Origin: Nitrospirales bacterium
Lineage (GTDB): Bacteria; Nitrospirota; Nitrospiria; Nitrospirales; UBA8639
Direction: 5' to 3'
Assembly: GCA_965203295.1 (NCBI GenBank)
Contig: CBDBCZ010000018.1
Location: 2,400,001-2,464,000 of the forward strand
DNA length: 64,000 bases
Of the stretch, positions 25,040 to 35,318 are shown piece after piece. Within the stretch, counting starts at the first letter, position 1; each line of letters opens with the position of its first letter. The notes under the pieces are model-generated. The model ran no database searches. It was given only the letters and a program-made list of their open reading frames with translations, and was not told where the DNA came from. The position numbers were made by a program, and so were the translations under genes.

Positions 25040-25258
25040 TAACCCAACTGTAGCCATACACTTTAGGGATAACAGTGCTTGACTCTGCGGCAACAATCAG
25101 TGTCCAGATAAATTCAGCTTGGGAGAATTGGATTCAAACGATTGGTCTCCTGTAGCAAAAGCTGTCTCTGTGGCCCTTGTTCTTGGTGTTACAATCCTAT
25201 GTCTGGTAGCAAAGGGTATATTTTACATCTGGATGTGCTGTCTGCAAAACATGTAGTT
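25040..25258 (+). pseudogene. C-terminal Cys motif of the hydrolase domain plus a single transmembrane helix (same gene as 21153-23267)
   Basis: CGNNQCPDKFSLGELDSNDWSPVAKAVSVALVLGVTILCLVAKGIFYIWMCCLQ: Cys motif comparable to the Notum/PAE C-terminal CNxxCP, then about 22 hydrophobic residues. Confidence 0.6.
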
Positions 25259-25413
25259 GTGCTGTTTGCAGTGGAAGCAACATCGTCACAGAGTGAAAGC
25301 TGAGAAGAAACAGGCTAGCTCTCATGTTGTTGCTGTGTGGCAGCTATGCCATAACTTGTATAGCAGTCACAAAAGGATGAGCAAATGTCAGTTGTTTATA
25401 TTTACCACCACAG

Positions 25414-27610
25414 GATGAAATAGAGACTGGTGGCATATCGGTGTCCTGCGTGGACTTATCTTTCGAAGTCGCTGTCAGGTACTTTTACATCGAGTTTAGT
25501 GTTTCCATCCTACACTACGTAGGCACTATATAGCTACAGGTGCATACTCTTCATTCATTGAGCTGTTGAGGAAGTGCACCCAAGACTTTCTGACACCTTG
25601 TTAAATACAAGCTCAGTTGTCAAGTGATCTGAAATACAGTGAGTAATCCCATAGGGTAGCTATAGCTAGAACATGAAAGCAGCAAACAGCATTCAAATGT
25701 AAGTACTTAAGCAGGAATTCATGGCTAACTGACTGCTATTAGCTTAGTTGCTATGGTGCTAGAGAATAAATTCTTAGACAATCAGCCAAAGCTGTGATGT
25801 TCATGCCAGAAATTGAGAAATTGCTGTGTGTACTCCCAATGTAATTTGGCTAGGCATGCATGTACAAATATTATTGTGGCTTGGGAATCCAGACTTAGCA
25901 TGGAAAGTTTCATTTGTGTAAATATTTTGTAAGTGTTAGACGCGCTTTACAATTTTTGGAGTTTATGAATTGCGCAGCATATAATTTTTACGAGTTCAAC
26001 TACTTGTAATTCTTATGAATTCATTAGTGGTTTAGGGTTAATTAGGAATAGGATTAGAATTAGGGTTATGGGTTGTGCCCTGCGGTTTATAATTCCATTT
26101 AACGTAATAATGACCTATTCCTCCCCATTATAAATTTCTCAACTTGGCAGTGTAGTTTCACTGCAGCATATATGTGTGAATGGATGAAAGGCACTGCCAC
26201 GTCATACACCCTAGGTTGCCAGGCAGACTACTGGCTGCAAAGTACAACCAGCATGATTGTATACATGTTGTATCTCCTGTGCACACTAGAAAATAAGCCA
26301 GGGTACAACTATTATGTAACCCTCAATCTTCACTGCTCAGCAATCTAGTCAAGAACGTAAAAGATGAGAAGAAGGACACAGCACTAACTGGAGGAGACAT
26401 TGACAGTGGCACGGGTAATTTATCACTAGCACTGTAAATGCACTTGTTAGTGTAAGTGTTTGAAGTCATCTGTTAAATTAAGTGCTGTAACCATGGCTAC
26501 CTTTCATTGTTGGCTCTGTTAGAAGCTTAAAGTTATTACTTTTACTTCTCTCTATTCCAGAACATACTGATTCAAACAGTGGAATTGTAAGTTCAATTGT
26601 ATAGCTATCACATGTACATATGCTCACTGCATCACCAGTTGTACAGAATATATGTAGGTAATAGTTAGTGCACCCCGCCAAGGGCTCTAATCGACATTAT
26701 TGACCGAGGAAAGTAATTTGCCCCGAGGGAGGTCGAGGGCTTTGCCCGAGACCTTCCAAGGGAAAATTACTTTCCGAGGTCAATAAGGGAGGTTGAGGCC
26801 GAGTATTTGGGTGCATTAACTGACTTAAATTATAGTTTGCTCCTGTATTTTGAAAAAAAAATACAACACTACAACAAGCTATGCATGTATACGGGAATAT
26901 AAACAACAATACTGCTACAGTGTTCGTAGCCTTGCATGGGCTGGCTACGCAAGGCTACAGTGTTCGAAGGTAGTCTTGAGGGCTAATTCGGCGATAGCTG
27001 TACATGTCTTGCAAGGCGCGTGTTCAGAGGGTGAGCCACTCGAGTGAAGGCGCTGATTGAGGAGTCTCTGGTTTTGTATCGCTCTTGGAATGTCCCTGGA
27101 GTCGCTGCCAACGCTGTAGGTTGACCGTGTTGGCCTTGACTGGCGCATGGCAATAGCTTCAGCGATGTAAATTCACTTCTCAGCACAACGCAAATGCTGT
27201 TTAATCAATTCGAGCTCTTCTGTGCCATCCACCACCTCCACTCATATTAGCGTACTCCTCTCCATGCTAAATATTGAAGCGACTGTGAGCATGGCAACGG
27301 CTGAACGATTTTATACGCATTGCTACGCCACTGGGGTTGCTAAGCACGCGTTCGTGCACGTGCACGCGCGTGCTTTAACCTACATTATTGACCTCATTTC
27401 TAGCAATTTGATTGGCTAGTACGCTACTACTTATAATCTAAGTGACATTATTGAGGCATGCAAGATTGTGTTCTCATGAATTCTGGTCATCAATACTTGC
27501 AAGAAACGTTCATCCTCCTTCCTAGGAAAAATTCTCTTGTAGGATCTGGAAGAAGAAAATTCTGAAGGGCATTTCAACATATTTCAATCCAGGAGTAATG
27601 GGAGTCTCAG
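25414..27610 (+). pseudogene. start of an ABCG-type nucleotide-binding domain (exons 25414-25478, 26341-26414, possibly 26561-26586, 27543-27610), truncated within Walker A
   Basis: GT-AG exons encode DEIETGGISVSCVDLSFEVAV and IWKKKILKGISTYFNPG-VMGVSG|gtaag, matching ABCG pre-Walker-A consensus (ILkgvsg.f.PGel.aiMGpSG). About 4 residues are deleted and there is a phase break; no GKT exon is visible downstream. Confidence 0.65.
26688..27455. mobile_element. non-autonomous element starting with a 90-bp palindrome (26697-26786), in an intron
   Basis: ttattgaccgaggaaagtaatttgccc ... gggaaaattactttccgaggtcaataa; gacattattga recurs at ~27444. Confidence 0.5.
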
Positions 27611-27884
27611 GTAAGCGCTTGTAGTGTATAGCCAGACCAAGAGCTGGAGTCAAATCTCAGCTATGTACGTATTGCATGACCATTCAAGATTTCTAATGCA
27701 GTTTTTCTGTTGTGTTGTGTTCCGTTTAAATTTGTGTGGCCTAATTTTCAAATAAGCCTCTGAGAAAGTCAAATACAGGCTACAATACAGGCTTAGGAAG
27801 ATAGGGAATACTTACCTCTGCGCTGCTGGGACTCAGCATAGCACTCCACACAATGCATTTAGTCCAATAGAAAGTGAGGTTTAC

Positions 27885-28185
27885 ACTGAAGATTGGAAAA
27901 ATTTCATTTTTGTTGGTCTCAGGCAGAGACTTTCAGCTAAACCTCCTTGATAACATTGACCTGACCCTCTTCAATAGACTAGGAAAAGAACTGGTTTAAG
28001 ATTAAAAGGTTTGTTTAGTTTGACTGATAATAATACAATCCAATGCTTATAGGCTTTGAAAGGTTTTCCCTGAAGATTGGTGCAGTTTCAGTTTTCTTGG
28101 TCTCAGGCTAAGACTTTCAGCAAAAGCAACTAGGTCCCATTGACCTGACCCTTTTTTAATAGCCTAGGAAAGGAACTGTCTTAAT
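27885..28185. repeat. two diverged direct copies ~183 bp apart within an unclassified repeat
   Basis: ctgaagattgg...ttggtctcaggc..agactttcagc...cattgacctgaccct...taggaaa.gaactg occurs twice. Confidence 0.7.
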
Positions 28186-29449
28186 ACACTCCCAAGTGTA
28201 AAGATATTTGAGGAAATAAATAAATAAATAAATAATTCACAGCGACACTCGTGGCCTCTACACATGAACCAACATTCTTTTAGTGATATATGGATCATTT
28301 CTAGGAAAAATTATGTTGGAAAAGTTCCGCACTCTCTTCGTTGTGGAGATACAGGGAAAAAAACCTTTTGCCAGACTTACGTAGGGCAGACATTTTGAAT
28401 CCTGCCCATCCGCCGCTAGTATAGTAGTATATGGTATGCATGCGTAAAATGTATATGAGCTGATGCATGATCTCAGAGTGATATCATCTGAGCTGAATGA
28501 ACGATCTCACGATAATGTGCCCTTGTGCCCTAATTACTACACCGGTAGTTTATACAGTGTAAATCCGTTTTCAGCAGTGCTCTCTTCACGATGGACATTG
28601 ACTCAGTTCTCCCAACAAGGCGTCTGAAAGCGAGGTAGTCTGGCCCGTGAGACTAGTCGTTTAGTATATCTTGTGTGTGCATTTAGCTATATTGCTTTTG
28701 TTGTGAGGTGTGTGTGTGTATGTGTTGTTGCTGTCGCTTAGCCCTTGGTTAGTCCCGAGCGTGAGTTCAATGGCGTGTAGTCCTGTAAGTGTAATTATAT
28801 GAAAACAACCCAGCCTACAACTAACTGCTTAACAGCCTAGCCCTGGCGATGTGCATTAAATAGGCCAGGGCTCTCAGTGTCGTTTCAACGGTGCCCCTTG
28901 TGGCTAGCTTTGGTGTTGCTGTGTACAGATAGGTATAGGCTACAGCAGTAGTATTGCTCGCCAATACGTGTTAGGCACAACCAGTCTACCAGCTAATAAA
29001 AAAGCATTGTATACTTTGTCAAGAATCATGCTATCTCTTGCTTGTGATTTGGGGGGAGATGCCTCCTACTTTGCAAAGCAGATAGCTGTTGTCTCAGCTG
29101 CTGTTGGTCTAACGTTAGTGCAGCTACCCTGTATCCACGTGAGACATGGTCTATCACCCCATCCCGTTGTTGCACTGGCATCCGTCTCACGAGAAGGCCA
29201 CCATCATTCTTAGTCCCACGATTTAATGTAAAAATAGCAGTGAATATCATTCCTCTTTATATCCAGTGTATTCCTTCTGTCTAAGAGTTTGCCACCTTCA
29301 TTTTCATTTTTTCTACTCTATCAATTTAAGATAAACTATTTGTACTGTAATTTCGGATTGTCCATACTATATAAAGTGATTCACAGATTCTGTTTAGCTG
29401 TTGCCTTACTGAGTGTGTGTTGTTATTGTAGGAGCCGACTCTATCCCAG

Positions 29450-30060
29450 GTAGCAATAAGGAGGGAAGCAGGGAAAAGTCACTATTGCTCTCAAAGTACT
29501 GTGCAAATCCAGTCGTGAAGTTGGGTACCATAGGGGACCATAGCATACTGTAAGGTGTAGGTGGGAGTAGTAGGGTGCATTAGATTGCAGTGGACAACAC
29601 AGTAAGAGTGCAGTAATTGCAGTAGAATGCAATAGTAAGCAGTAAAGTACAGTAGAGTTAAGTAGTGTGAGGTAGGTCGCAATAGGGTCTCGTAGGGTAC
29701 CTTAAAATGCTGCGGAGTGCTAATTAGAGGGTGAAGTACGCTACAGTAGGTTGCAGCAGGTTGCAGTAGGGAGCATTATAGTGCAGAGTGCATTGAATTG
29801 CAACACAGTGCAGTAAGGACCTAGTACTAGGGAGCTGTAGAGTGCTGTAGAGATTAGTTCGGTGCTGTAGGTTGCAGTAAGGTCTTGTAGGGAGCCACAG
29901 AGTACTATGTGGTATAGGAGGGTGTGATACAGTGCAGTAAGTTGCAGTAGGGCGCATTAGAATACAGTATACTGCAGTGGAAAGAGCATGTAGTAACATG
30001 CAGAAGAGGACAGTAGGGAACAGTAGAGTGCATCACAATTCTGTAGGATGGAGTAGATTT
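29450..30060. repeat. degenerate (GCAGTAG)-rich simple repeat
   Basis: Recurring gcagta/gtag/tgcag motifs with strand bias. Confidence 0.65.
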
Positions 30061-30099
30061 CGGAACAAGAACTAAAGTATCTGTTTGTGAGGACTACCT

Positions 30100-33000
30100 G
30101 ATTCATCAGCAAAAGCTAGCTGTTAATTTTTACTTTGCCAGTAGATTCATTTAACCTTTGCCTGGAAGAAGTCTCAGAGGGTTTTATAATTCCTAACGCT
30201 TCCTTAGGAACTTCGAAGTACAAATTTTGCATTTTGCTTTTTCCTGTTTCATGTTCCAAGAAGTGAAAAAGTGGATTTTGTATGTGTTCAAACTGAAGAT
30301 ATGCAATGGTGCAATGTAGTCTTGTAACATCCTCACCCCAATAAACATTGATGACTGAGGGTTAGCAAGCAGTTTTAATTGATGTGTTTAAGGATGTGGT
30401 ACCACCTACATGTACCTTAAATAGTAAGTACAAGAAGTCATCATCATTCCTAGCCATGGACAAGATTTATAGTAGAACTCTTGGGTGAAAACATCTAGAC
30501 AACAAGAGCGGTGCCTTTTATGTGTGCCTGTAGCCTGGTGTGCCTGCTCCTTTATCGTCAGATCTTACAGGTTTGTCCGTGGACTTATTACCTTCATTTT
30601 CCTGCTCTCTCTTCTCTCAGGTGTGGCACAGTACCCGAGCAAAATCACTGCGCAGTAAAACCAGCTCTACCTTTAGGTCTACTCGAAAGAGTACCTCTGT
30701 TTCCTTCAGTACTGTCCGCAAGGGATACACTGTTTCACAGGTTTGTACATTTCACAAGAATGGCATGTTTCTGCAAAACTATTCCCCTGTCCAAAACCTT
30801 AACCTTAGACATTTCCCTATACTCTGTCACTTTCTACTCTACATGCTCTTTCCAGTTACCATCAAACTGATCATCTACGGATGCTGTACCCAGCCTTTCA
30901 TAATGTTCACGTAAATACTTCCAAATTTCCCTTAGTGCTGGTTACACATGAACCTGGAGTACTCCTCAAAGAAGCTATATACCCTTATGACTATCTTTTG
31001 AAGATCCTACCAACAAATGCCCAAAAACTCTTTCCTGTTTTCATGAAAATCTTAATTAGCCCTTTCAATCACCTCATTTCAACTATCTATACCAATTCCT
31101 TGATTTCCGAACATCGTTTGTAACACTCTCCCCGTTTATCTCCCCTGCCAATACCACACTCCAGTATGATCCTTATCATAATCTTAATCTTACCATCACA
31201 CCACCTCACCGCTTTGTCACACATTATCACCTTTTCTCTGTTTTTGGGGAAATGGCACCTCAGGTAGTCTCTGGCCAGAGATACAGATGCCATCTTGATT
31301 TGTTGCTCAGGGATCTGTACGACTTGTTTTAAAAGGGTAGGCTACGTAGCTCCAATTTACATACGTCCAATTGGAGATTATGAACTCCAGCGAACAGACA
31401 GAATGAGCGAGCTGCTAGGAGTAGTAGTTGTAGCACAGAAAGATCTACTATATACATGTAGGTGGCTACAGCTTGTAGGTTTGTAGCATTGTGTAGCTTA
31501 TGTACAAGTGGAGATAGCCACACGTTATTCTCACTATTTCACATGTTGACTGACATGTTGCTGTGTGAGGCAGTTTGTACATGCTTGCTTTTAGTATAAC
31601 AAGCTCAATTTGTAAATGTGGAAGAGGCTTAGCCTACATTGGGTGCTCTCATGCACGGTAAGAGTGTTGGAAGCAGTTCCTTATACACTCTATCATTGTC
31701 AGTCAGGTAGCTGTACAGCAGATTGAGCCCTAAATAGGCTCTGCACCGATGTAACAGTTGTCCTACAGCATCTGCATCTAGCAGCTGCCAATGGTGTAAT
31801 CACACAGATTCAGTGAATTTATTATACCTGATAGTTGATATCTTGAAAATCTAAATCCCAGTGTTTTCAAGATTGCTATACAAACTGCCATTTTAGTTTG
31901 CACAATCAGTCAGGTAAGAGCAGAGATGAATTATGGTGTGGCCATATCATAGGCTGTGATTTCATGTGCAGAGTCTCTATCAATGAGTCCTGAAGCAGCC
32001 TTAGAGTACGAAGCAGACTTAGGGTAGTCGTCCACATTATTCTTGTAGTTTAAATTGTCTATGTACATAGTCTATGCTGCTCCGGGGAGGACAGAAACCT
32101 GTAGGGGCGGAGCTACATTTCGGCTCCTCCCCTCGGGATACGATTATGGGTGTGGGCACCAGACTAGCTCCGCCTCTACAACCTTTAGCACATAGCGATG
32201 TGTTAAATTCCACACGGAGATTTGCAGCTCGCGTGTTGTTACGCATATTCGTGTTGATGCAACACGCGTGTATCGAGCGATGTGCCGTTTCAACACGCGA
32301 TCTGCAGAACAACACGCATGCTCGGCTTGTCTGTGTGCTGTTTCAGCACTGGCATTTTTGCAGTGTACAAATACATCCCTTGCTAGGTCTACCATTTCAC
32401 AATTTATTTAGTGACGCTTTCTTACTACACAAGAAATTTACATGCAAATGGTGGACCACACGGCCGGATGCAGTTTCATATACACATATACATATGGCAG
32501 GTACTAAACAGCTACATGTAGCAACCAAGTCTACACAGGATGAGCTGTGAAAAGCAAGACAGTGTTTTGTTGTAGTGTTACTTAGTGCACAATAATATAC
32601 TCATATCGCTGCCGCAGTGCCCATGCCATTGACCACGCACCCACATATGCAGGCGGAGCTAGTATTATTATAGCTAGGAAGATGAACCATTACCTAGCTG
32701 CTCAAGGTTATTCTCTTGCTACTGTCAAAGGTCCCATCATCCAAAACATTGCTGAAACCATTATTATGGATCTACTAGAAAATAATGACTTACATGCACA
32801 TAATATAACAAGGACAATTTGCATACTGAAAAGTTTATTTTCAATTGAAGTGCACTTAACTGTAAGGGCAATAAATTATTCATTCTGGGCAGCTCACTTC
32901 ACCTGCATCTCATGGCAGAAGCATGGATAGGACCCCCGTGCCAGGCCACTTTGCAGAGTTGAGAGGAGGGGGTCCCAGAACCTCAGCACAGCCTGGGGCT

Positions 33001-33222
33001 CTCCTTCCGGTGGGCAGAAGAGGGAATTCAGGCAGCTAGCCAGTGTAATCTCCAACTCAACTGGGATGTCACTAAAAAGAAACAAAACTTCTAGTAAATA
33101 ACAAGTCTGAGTGCACAGAGTGTCTACCTGGTTTGAGACTGTATCATGTAAAGATGGCACGGATTCACAGCATATTAGCAATCACCAGTAGCTGATCCTG
33201 CAATGTGCTCCTGCACTGTCCA
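30100..33222 (-). pseudogene. remnant of an unidentified multi-exon gene
   Basis: GT-AG bounded segments such as DIPVELEITLASCLNSLFCPP...CHEMQ (~33071-32903), LLDADAVGQLLHRCRAYLGLNLLYSYL...MRAPN (~31784-31638) and IPEQQIKMASVSLARDYL (~31314-31259). Other segments carry stops. Confidence 0.35.
30769..31240 (-). mobile_element. second fragment of the same LINE family, inverted relative to 16530-17020
   Basis: The antisense ORFs 16653-16841(-) and 30881-31123(+) translate almost identically (LVTHEPG.LLKEAIYPYDYLLKILPTNAQKLFPVFMKILISPF). Confidence 0.9.
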
Positions 33223-35119
33223 TTTTTTAAAGCAAACCACCTCTCGCGTAAAACGGACGAGGGGCGGGGCTACACCAATCATGCTGCGCATAAGCTAGCT
33301 CAGATTTTTTTATACATGGGTCCCTGAAGACTTATTTTTCGTGTTCACACCAGTGAAGGATTGTATCATGCTCAAAATACCAAGACTTTCGTGCAGTCAG
33401 CCCATTTAACCGCTCCCTTCCATACCCATAGCGATGTTTTTGATCTGGAAAGCTATAGTGCATACATTCATTACTAATATACCATGTGATTAAGCTATAT
33501 ACAGCATAATTATGCTTGTAGTTGCTTATCCTGTACTGAAAATTAGTTCACCAATAAATTGTCTACCTGTTCAGACATACACTTGAAGACTCATTCATAG
33601 AATATCTATAATATGACTACATGACAACAGCAGTGGCAACACCTTAGTCCAGCGCACCAAGTCATATTTATCCTGGCAGGACAACTGAAGAAAATAATTC
33701 ATTTTAAACAGCATGTGGACAAAAGTTGTCATGGCTTCCAATTCTAATTAACAGTCCATTCCTTCCATGTCAATGGAAAGCCCTTAGTTAACTCTAATGA
33801 TAGCTTCCAGTTCAATTCAAATTTCAAAATCAAGCTAGTGGCTAGCTGCATTGGGGTCTATTGGAAAGCCATCGGGAGCTGCTTTGAGTTCAGGTTTGGG
33901 TAGGCAGTTTTGAGAATGTTTATACCTCTACAACATTGCATGATAACACTTTTGCCCAGCACACTAATGCCTTTGATCTTCTAATTAGTATGGGACAATG
34001 CCTTTGATCTACTTAATAGTATGGGCCAATAAACTGTAGTCTGTAGTCTATTGAGCAGCATATGTAACTACTGCACTGATTAATATCATGTGCAAGGTAA
34101 ATGCTTTACCTCACACAAGCAGTTGCTCAATAAATTCATATTAAGTGAAACACGCATGTTTGATTGGTACAACTACATGACATTGTATTATAATGAGAGA
34201 TTTCAGTTTATATGGAGGTAAAGATTGGAGGGAAGGGCTGTAATAGCTGGGTAAATACAGGTATATGTATACCTTGGGAGCTACGTACAACAATCAAACA
34301 AACTCCCATTAATGGAGTCAGTTCAATCAACTTATTGACACTGTCAGATTATTTTGAAGGCCAGATATTTATGTGTACCTTGGGCATATATACAGCGCAC
34401 AGGTTTCTCTGTGCATAACCTGTTACTTTATCCAGACTCACATGGTATTTTCTTTTATGCAACCAATGAGTGATGGAGGTTGAACTTTGGCTCAATTCTT
34501 ACAACTGTGAATAATCAACTATGTTTGGTACAGCAATTACCTGGTTTATTATTTGCGTAGTACCATGTTACATTGCTACTGAAATTTCCTTCAGAGCGGC
34601 ATTCTACAGCAAACTTCTCCCCACATCAACTAGGTATACATTTGAATTGCTGGTTGTTGGAATGATCTCAAGAGATGGGAGTATACCTTCAAAGATGTAA
34701 CCAAAGGTACTCAGATACATATATGTACGGTAACAAGTGTGTCCATGTCGCCATGAATCTATATCTGTAATGACACAATGCAGAAAGTTTATATATGGAG
34801 TGTCATTTCATGCCTCGTGCAATTGTATATACCCAAACTACAAAAAAAAATCAGTTTGCAATACTTTGGCACACCATAACAAGCCTTATGGTATAGGAAT
34901 GCATACAATGGAGTAGAACAGAAGACAGTAGAGGTCCTGAAATAGAATTTGAGTACGCTAAGCGGTTAAAGTGGGTTTCAGGAGCATTCAAGCAGGTTCA
35001 GTGGCTATTGCAGATCTACCAACAGATGCTCAAGGTGTAAAGTAGTTTATGACCATATGTGGGAGTATACCATGTTGCTATGGAGGATTACACCTCATCA
35101 AGATTCTACATGATATATA

Positions 35120-35287
35120 ACATATGAACCATGTCCAATCGGTGAATAGCATTGCTATACCACTTGCTGGTGTTCAGAGGTTTATACCTTGGGCCTGTGG
35201 CCCTCATGGTATATTACCAAACACCTCCACTGTAGGTAGTATATCACTGATATACATGTACACCTCCTGGCCATGGTTTATATATTA
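35120..35287. repeat. degenerate ~170-bp palindrome
   Basis: atatgaaccatg ... catggtttatat with central gggcctgtggccc. Confidence 0.5.
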
Positions 35288-35318
35288 ATGAACTCTCCTT
35301 TAGGTGTGGATTATCGTA

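Noticed and set aside
26030..26075. TTAGGG-like repeats (also ~1325 and ~8558)
   Set aside because: Only 2-5 degenerate copies inside dispersed repeats; not a telomere or a convincing interstitial array.
28968..29285. Possible ABCG transmembrane exon (SYFAKQIAVV..., VNIIPLYIQCIP)
   Set aside because: Similarity is weak and the intervening NBD exons are missing; it could equally be a retroelement C-terminal fragment.
32682..32790. HYLAAQGYS...NIAETIIMDLL resembling the ABCG post-NBD NPADF region
   Set aside because: There is no convincing motif or splice context, and it overlaps exon-like segments of a minus-strand remnant.
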